The position numbers and the translations under genes are program-made. 64,000 bases of DNA, from positions 4,049 through 68,048 of the forward strand of contig MHHQ01000029.1 in NCBI GenBank assembly GCA_001817065.1, read 5' to 3'. This document shows, piece after piece, positions 58,975 through 64,000 of this stretch (position 1 is the first letter of the stretch; every line of letters begins with the position of its first letter). Under the pieces are notes generated by a model that did not search any database, was not told the DNA's origin, and saw nothing but the letters and a program-made list of their open reading frames with translations. The stretch is from Candidatus Andersenbacteria bacterium RIFCSPHIGHO2_02_FULL_46_16 (GTDB lineage: Bacteria; Patescibacteriota; Andersenbacteria; UBA10190).

Positions 58975-60192
58975 ATGACAAATATTTCCATCAATAGCCT
59001 ATTAAGGAATAAGTTTGATATAGTTTTTATCGCCTCCTTCTTTCTCGATGAAAAAGAAAACTATTTTGCTGGAGGAGGCGAAATCCATTTAAAAAACATT
59101 TGTGATGCCTGTAAAGAAAATAAAAAAATACTGATTATCCAAATGACTAATGCCAATAGCCGAATTGTCAGAAAAGATGGTTTATTAATTTATTTGGTAA
59201 AAAGTTGGGGCTACTTGCACTTTAAAATAAAAGTTCGCTCACTGTTGCAACAAATCAGAACTAAACATGTCCATTTTAACTATATCGGCCTTGAGACGCT
59301 TGTCCGCAAAAGAAAAAATGTTACTTATTCTGCAACATTCCACGGCACTGGCTGGGACTTCCCGATAAGCAATTTCCCAGAACCATATGTCAAGAATGAT
59401 CTAAAGACTGTTTTAGGGGCAAAAATCAGAAAGCGTTGGATGATTTATGAACAAAATTGCGCTGTAAAAAAACTAGATAAAATTATCTCGGTTGACTCTT
59501 CACTTTTGCGGTATTGCCAACAATTCTTACCCCCGCTTAGCCATAAGATTTTTACTTTGCCAAATTCCGTTGACTTTGAGCGTTTTACACCAGCAAATAA
59601 TCATCAAGTAAGGTCAGTTTCGGACAAGTTTATAATTCTTTTCCCCAGAAATATTTCTTTCGCTCGGGGTATGCACCTCTTGGTCCCGATTGCCTTAAAA
59701 TTGAGAGCGGACGGGTTGCCTTTTATCATCCAAGTGACTGGAGGAGGAATTGGTTATCGCGGTGGAAGACCATATAAAGACATGCTCTATCGCGAAATAA
59801 GCCGTCTCGACTTGAAGAACTATTTTAAATTTGTTGGCAGAGTGCCCCATCAAGATATGCCGGTATATTACCGCGAATGTGACCTTGTAATTATACCGTC
59901 CGCTTTCTCTGAGGGCACATCCCTATCTTGCCTTGAAGCCATGTCCTCCCGTAAAGTGGTTTTAGCGGCCAATGTGGGCGGACTGAACGACTTGATCATC
60001 GACGGCTATAATGGCTTTCTCGCGAATCCCAATGCTGATGATTTCTCCAATCGCATTAAATTCATTTATGACAATTTTGACCAACTTCGTAAAACTATTG
60101 TCCCCAACGCCTTCGGAATTGTTAGTACATGCTATACCCGCGCGGTGTGGGAATCAAGGATACGTGCTTTTTTTAACCATGACGCGCCATGA
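58975..60192 (+). CDS. GT4 glycosyltransferase
   Basis: GGGE, EGTSLSCLEAM, NVGGL; ATG 58975 preferred. Confidence 0.88.
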   Translation: MTNISINSLLRNKFDIVFIASFFLDEKENYFAGGGEIHLKNICDACKENKKILIIQMTNANSRIVRKDGLLIYLVKSWGYLHFKIKVRSLLQQIRTKHVHFNYIGLETLVRKRKNVTYSATFHGTGWDFPISNFPEPYVKNDLKTVLGAKIRKRWMIYEQNCAVKKLDKIISVDSSLLRYCQQFLPPLSHKIFTLPNSVDFERFTPANNHQVRSVSDKFIILFPRNISFARGMHLLVPIALKLRADGLPFIIQVTGGGIGYRGGRPYKDMLYREISRLDLKNYFKFVGRVPHQDMPVYYRECDLVIIPSAFSEGTSLSCLEAMSSRKVVLAANVGGLNDLIIDGYNGFLANPNADDFSNRIKFIYDNFDQLRKTIVPNAFGIVSTCYTRAVWESRIRAFFNHDAP

Positions 60193-61421
60193 AAATTTTG
60201 TTTAGTCCCTGCCACTATATCTTCGACTCGAGGTTTGAAGGAGGCGAAGTTTCCTGGGCTTACAATATTGCTCATAGATTAGCGCTGGTATTTCCTGGCT
60301 CGTTGGTTGTTACCGGATATAATAATGACCGCGGTAATCCAACAAGCTACCAAGTCATTGAATTACAACTAAAACAGCGCTATATAGATATGTCTCTCCG
60401 CAACGCAATAAAATTTAATTTTAGCTATTTTCTGGAAACTCGGCGACAGATTGCCAGGGGCGATTTTGATATCCTACACCATGTCTTGCCCTTTGGCTTT
60501 AACAGTACTTTTAATCTTTTCGTCCTGAGCAATATAAAGTCAAAAGCCTTTCCAACCGTGATTGGTCCCCTACAAAGTCCCTTGGGTTATGCCGATAATG
60601 AAATTGATACAAGGAACGTCAGAAACACCCAACCCCAAAAGAAAAGATTGGATGTCGCGCGCATCATGCAAACTGTTTTTGCCCTGCCATTGCGTTTCTT
60701 GTCAAATTTAACTCTCAAGAAAGCAGCAAGGATAGTCGTTGTCAATCAATACACTAAAAATTTGTTAATGGAAAATAATATTTCTGGGCATAAAATAGTC
60801 GTCATCCCGCCCGGTATTGACACTGAGCATTTTCAGCAAACTATACCTATGCAAAAACCACTGCAGGATATTGAAATTATAACTGTCAACCATCTAGTCA
60901 AAAGAAAAGGCATAGATCTTATAATTAAAGCATTCAATATATTGGCCCAGCGCTATGCCCATATCACGTTAAAAATCATCGGGGATGGACGGGCGAAAAA
61001 AGACTTAGAACGGCTAGTCGCGCAACTGAACCTAAAGAATAGAATAGTTTTTTATGGTCATATTCCTAACCATAATGTAAAAAATGTCTACCAAAAAGCT
61101 GATGTTTTTGTCAGTATGAGCCGGTCAGAAAGTTGGGGACAGGTTTATCTTGAAGCCATGGCTTGCGGCCTGCCCATCATTTCAACTAAGAGTGTCGGGT
61201 CGCAATCAATCATTAGAGACGGCGTATTTGGCTACTTAATTGAGCAAGAGGATATTGACGGCTTAGCGGCAAAGCTAGCCCACTTGATAGAAAATGAACA
61301 GTTACGCTGGCAATTCGGCCAAGCTGCCAGAAAGGAAGTCGAGGAAAATTATGACTGGAATAATGTTATCATTCCTAAATACATAGAGGTTTATCAGGAG
61401 CTACTGCGCAAGTGTTGTTAA
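60189..61421 (+). CDS. GT4 glycosyltransferase
   Basis: RKGID, ESWGQVYLEAMACGLP. Confidence 0.92.
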   Translation: MKILFSPCHYIFDSRFEGGEVSWAYNIAHRLALVFPGSLVVTGYNNDRGNPTSYQVIELQLKQRYIDMSLRNAIKFNFSYFLETRRQIARGDFDILHHVLPFGFNSTFNLFVLSNIKSKAFPTVIGPLQSPLGYADNEIDTRNVRNTQPQKKRLDVARIMQTVFALPLRFLSNLTLKKAARIVVVNQYTKNLLMENNISGHKIVVIPPGIDTEHFQQTIPMQKPLQDIEIITVNHLVKRKGIDLIIKAFNILAQRYAHITLKIIGDGRAKKDLERLVAQLNLKNRIVFYGHIPNHNVKNVYQKADVFVSMSRSESWGQVYLEAMACGLPIISTKSVGSQSIIRDGVFGYLIEQEDIDGLAAKLAHLIENEQLRWQFGQAARKEVEENYDWNNVIIPKYIEVYQELLRKCC

Positions 61422-61440
61422 TTAGTTTAGGAATTCCGCT

Positions 61441-62325
61441 ATGTTAACTAAAACTACTATGCTTCAATTTTTTAACAACCAATTTTTTGGAATTTCATAT
61501 AGCGGATTACAAAATTTTATATATTTAGCTGCTAGCCACCACCCGGTTGAAAAAAAAATAATGATATTCTTAACGTGGTTAAGGATCAATCTTAAATTCC
61601 TCTTAATTGCCAACTTCTTAAGCCTGAAAAGTGAAAAAATATTCGGGTACAAAATAAATGCTTTTAGCTACAGTAGCCTAAGGTTTCTATACGAAGAAAT
61701 ATTCTACCGCAACGAGTATTTTTTCAAATCATTTAATAACCGACCAATGATTTTTGATTGTGGCGCCAACATCGGCTTAGCAACTGTCTTCTTTAAATGG
61801 CTATATCCCGAAAGCATAATCTATGCTTTTGAACCTGATCCAGAGACATTTATATTATTAAAAAAGAACGTGCGGCAAAACAAATTAAAAAATGTGCATT
61901 TATTTAATACTGCTATCTCCAATGTAAATGGAAAAATTGACTTTTTTATTGATTCAAAAAACCCCGGCTCCCTGATAATGAGTTCCCGGCGAGAAAGAAT
62001 GCCAAAGGATTTGATTACGGTTGACAGTATTACATTATCCTCTTTCATCCAAGATAAGAAGATTCAACGGATTGATTTTCTTAAAATGGATATTGAGGGG
62101 GCGGAAGAAGAAGCGATTCAAGATCTAAGCAATAAGGATCAATTGAAGAAGCTAAACAAGATGGTCATTGAATACCATCATAAAATAAGTGGCTATAAGT
62201 CAAATTTGAGTAGGTTTGTCCGATATTTCGAAAAAAACGGTTTTGAATACCAAATTAACGCAAAATGTGTTCCGGTTAATTCAGAAAATAAATTTCAGGA
62301 CATCTTGTTATATTTGTATAAATAA
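61441..62325 (+). CDS. FkbM family methyltransferase
   Basis: DCGANIG, AFEPD, LKMDIEGAE, IEYH. Confidence 0.93.
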   Translation: MLTKTTMLQFFNNQFFGISYSGLQNFIYLAASHHPVEKKIMIFLTWLRINLKFLLIANFLSLKSEKIFGYKINAFSYSSLRFLYEEIFYRNEYFFKSFNNRPMIFDCGANIGLATVFFKWLYPESIIYAFEPDPETFILLKKNVRQNKLKNVHLFNTAISNVNGKIDFFIDSKNPGSLIMSSRRERMPKDLITVDSITLSSFIQDKKIQRIDFLKMDIEGAEEEAIQDLSNKDQLKKLNKMVIEYHHKISGYKSNLSRFVRYFEKNGFEYQINAKCVPVNSENKFQDILLYLYK

Positions 62326-62348
62326 CGAATCGGTCTTTCAAGATAACT

Positions 62349-64000
62349 ATGCGTTTGCCAAAAATAATAATTGTAAGTTCACTATTAACCATAGTTTTGT
62401 TACTGGTCTATCACCGCTGGTTCCTTAACTTTGAGATACTCACATCGGGTGATTGGTATCCGCTATATCAAGAGACAATAAAGCACAATTTTCTAACTGA
62501 GAATATCTGGTCCAGCTCCGGTTTTGGCGAATTTAATGTTGTTTTATCGTTCTTCTTTGTTTACAAAGTGCTCATATATATCCTAGGTTTTCTGGAGTTC
62601 AAATTTATTCTGCGGTTGTTGTTTATAGCTCCAACTGTTTTTGTCGGCTTCTTTTCCTTTTTATTGTTAGCGAAAAAGATGCTTGGCAGTAACTTGGCCT
62701 CATCCTTAATTGCTGCCACAATTTTTAGCTTCAATACATATTATCTCATTCTGCAAACCGGACACCTAACATTGGCTACCGCCTTTGCCTGGTCGCCATT
62801 GGCCATATATCTTTTTATAAATAACCTGACAAACAAAAAACTGATCACTGCCGTCATCGCGGGCTTAGTATGCTTCATAGTCAGTGCTTACGAAGCTCGG
62901 GCTTTTTATATCGTAGCCTGGGTGCTGTTTTTATATTATTTGTATCACACCTTTTTAATTGAGAAGATTTCAAAAAAAAATATAATTAGCAACTCTATAT
63001 ATGCAGTTATTCCAATATTAGTCACTTTGATATTAAGTACATACTGGATTATTCCCTTAATCGCCACCAGGTCTCTGCAAAGTAACGCAGTTTTGGGTCG
63101 TGGATTATTTGGAAGCAATTTTATGTACTTAACTAACTCACTTACCTTGTTCCATCCGTTTTGGGCGGGAGCCGCACCAACTACTTTTATAAACCAGCCA
63201 ATCCCCGTATATTTTTGGTTCGTTCCCATGCTAGCTTTCCTGGGGTTAATCTTTGGCCGCAAAAATAAGTATGTTGTCTTTTTCGGTATCATTGCCGCAT
63301 TAGGAATACTTCTGTCTAAACAATCCGCTACTCCATTCCCTCACGTTTATTTATGGCTATACGAGCATCTTCCCGGCTTCAATGCTTATCGCGAAGCTAG
63401 TAAATTTTATTACTTGCTCGGCCTTAGTTATTCTATTTTAATTGGCGCCCTAGTAGCTTCATTGTGGCAAAACCCGCGCTTTAAAAAATGGCCTACCTAC
63501 AGCCGGTTTTTTGTGGTTTTATTCGTGATGATCCTTTTTGTAAATAATGCTCTCCCAGTCATTACCGGCGCGATTGGAACAATATTCACCCCTCGCCACG
63601 TACCAGCAGATTATCTGACTTTTAAGGATTTCCTTCTTAAGCAACCTGGCTTTTTTCGGACATCATGGATACCGGCTACATCCCGATGGAGTATTTATGC
63701 CAGTCAAAAACCAATGATAAGTAATATTACTATTATCAATAGCACATGGAAAAAATATTTCTGGGAGAGGCCGGGATATCAGTCATTGCCATTCAATGAA
63801 AGGTTAATAGAACTATTTAAGATCAATGGCGCCAATGGTCTTCTTGATATATCTTCCATAAAATACGTTGTTGTTCCGATACAGGATTTTAAAAACGATG
63901 ATGATTTTTTTGTTCACTTCGGCGGCCGGGAGAATCCCCATATCCGACGATGGTACCTAGAGCAATTAGCCCGTATACCATTTCTAAGAAAGATTGATAT
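62349..64000 (+). CDS. Large multi-pass membrane protein (GT-C-like), runs off the window
   Basis: Manual translation from ATG 62349: MRLPKIIIV...SGDWYP; later LYEHLPGFNAYREASKF parallels LYHHVPFWIGLRDSAKF in 45198..46997; absent from ORF track, consistent with no stop before the edge. Confidence 0.75.
   Translation, partial: MRLPKIIIVSSLLTIVLLLVYHRWFLNFEILTSGDWYPLYQETIKHNFLTENIWSSSGFGEFNVVLSFFFVYKVLIYILGFLEFKFILRLLFIAPTVFVGFFSFLLLAKKMLGSNLASSLIAATIFSFNTYYLILQTGHLTLATAFAWSPLAIYLFINNLTNKKLITAVIAGLVCFIVSAYEARAFYIVAWVLFLYYLYHTFLIEKISKKNIISNSIYAVIPILVTLILSTYWIIPLIATRSLQSNAVLGRGLFGSNFMYLTNSLTLFHPFWAGAAPTTFINQPIPVYFWFVPMLAFLGLIFGRKNKYVVFFGIIAALGILLSKQSATPFPHVYLWLYEHLPGFNAYREASKFYYLLGLSYSILIGALVASLWQNPRFKKWPTYSRFFVVLFVMILFVNNALPVITGAIGTIFTPRHVPADYLTFKDFLLKQPGFFRTSWIPATSRWSIYASQKPMISNITIINSTWKKYFWERPGYQSLPFNERLIELFKINGANGLLDISSIKYVVVPIQDFKNDDDFFVHFGGRENPHIRRWYLEQLARIPFLRKID

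Noticed and set aside
62945-63292. 115-aa minus-strand ORF
   Set aside because: Antisense shadow of the + strand membrane protein starting at 62349

Overview
64 kb bacterial window, standard code 11. Gene style (many leaderless starts, many orphans, CCTG-type palindromes, GT-C glycosyltransferases) suggests a Patescibacteria/CPR genome; this is inference. Left to right: envelope and housekeeping genes (radical SAM, EamA, DedA, glycosyltransferases, typA, DEAD-box helicase); a complete ISAzo13-family IS inserted in a decayed cytochrome-b5 gene beside a ferric reductase; phosphoketolase-ackA; a CsoR copper island (copA, copZ, DsbD/cupredoxin fusion, ccdA) and a second CopB-type ATPase; a patchwork of orphans with an unannotated 53-aa Cys/His metallothionein-like ORF; and a large surface-glycan cluster from 44 kb to the end. 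The intergenic DNA is unusually structured: three families of miniature mobile elements, 21-33 nt palindromic modules nested inside one another, and a DUF3800 gene facing two tandem, separately promoted, structurally similar putative small RNAs, the best candidate for an undescribed protein-RNA system. No rRNA, tRNA or CRISPR array seen. All alignments and folds were done by eye.
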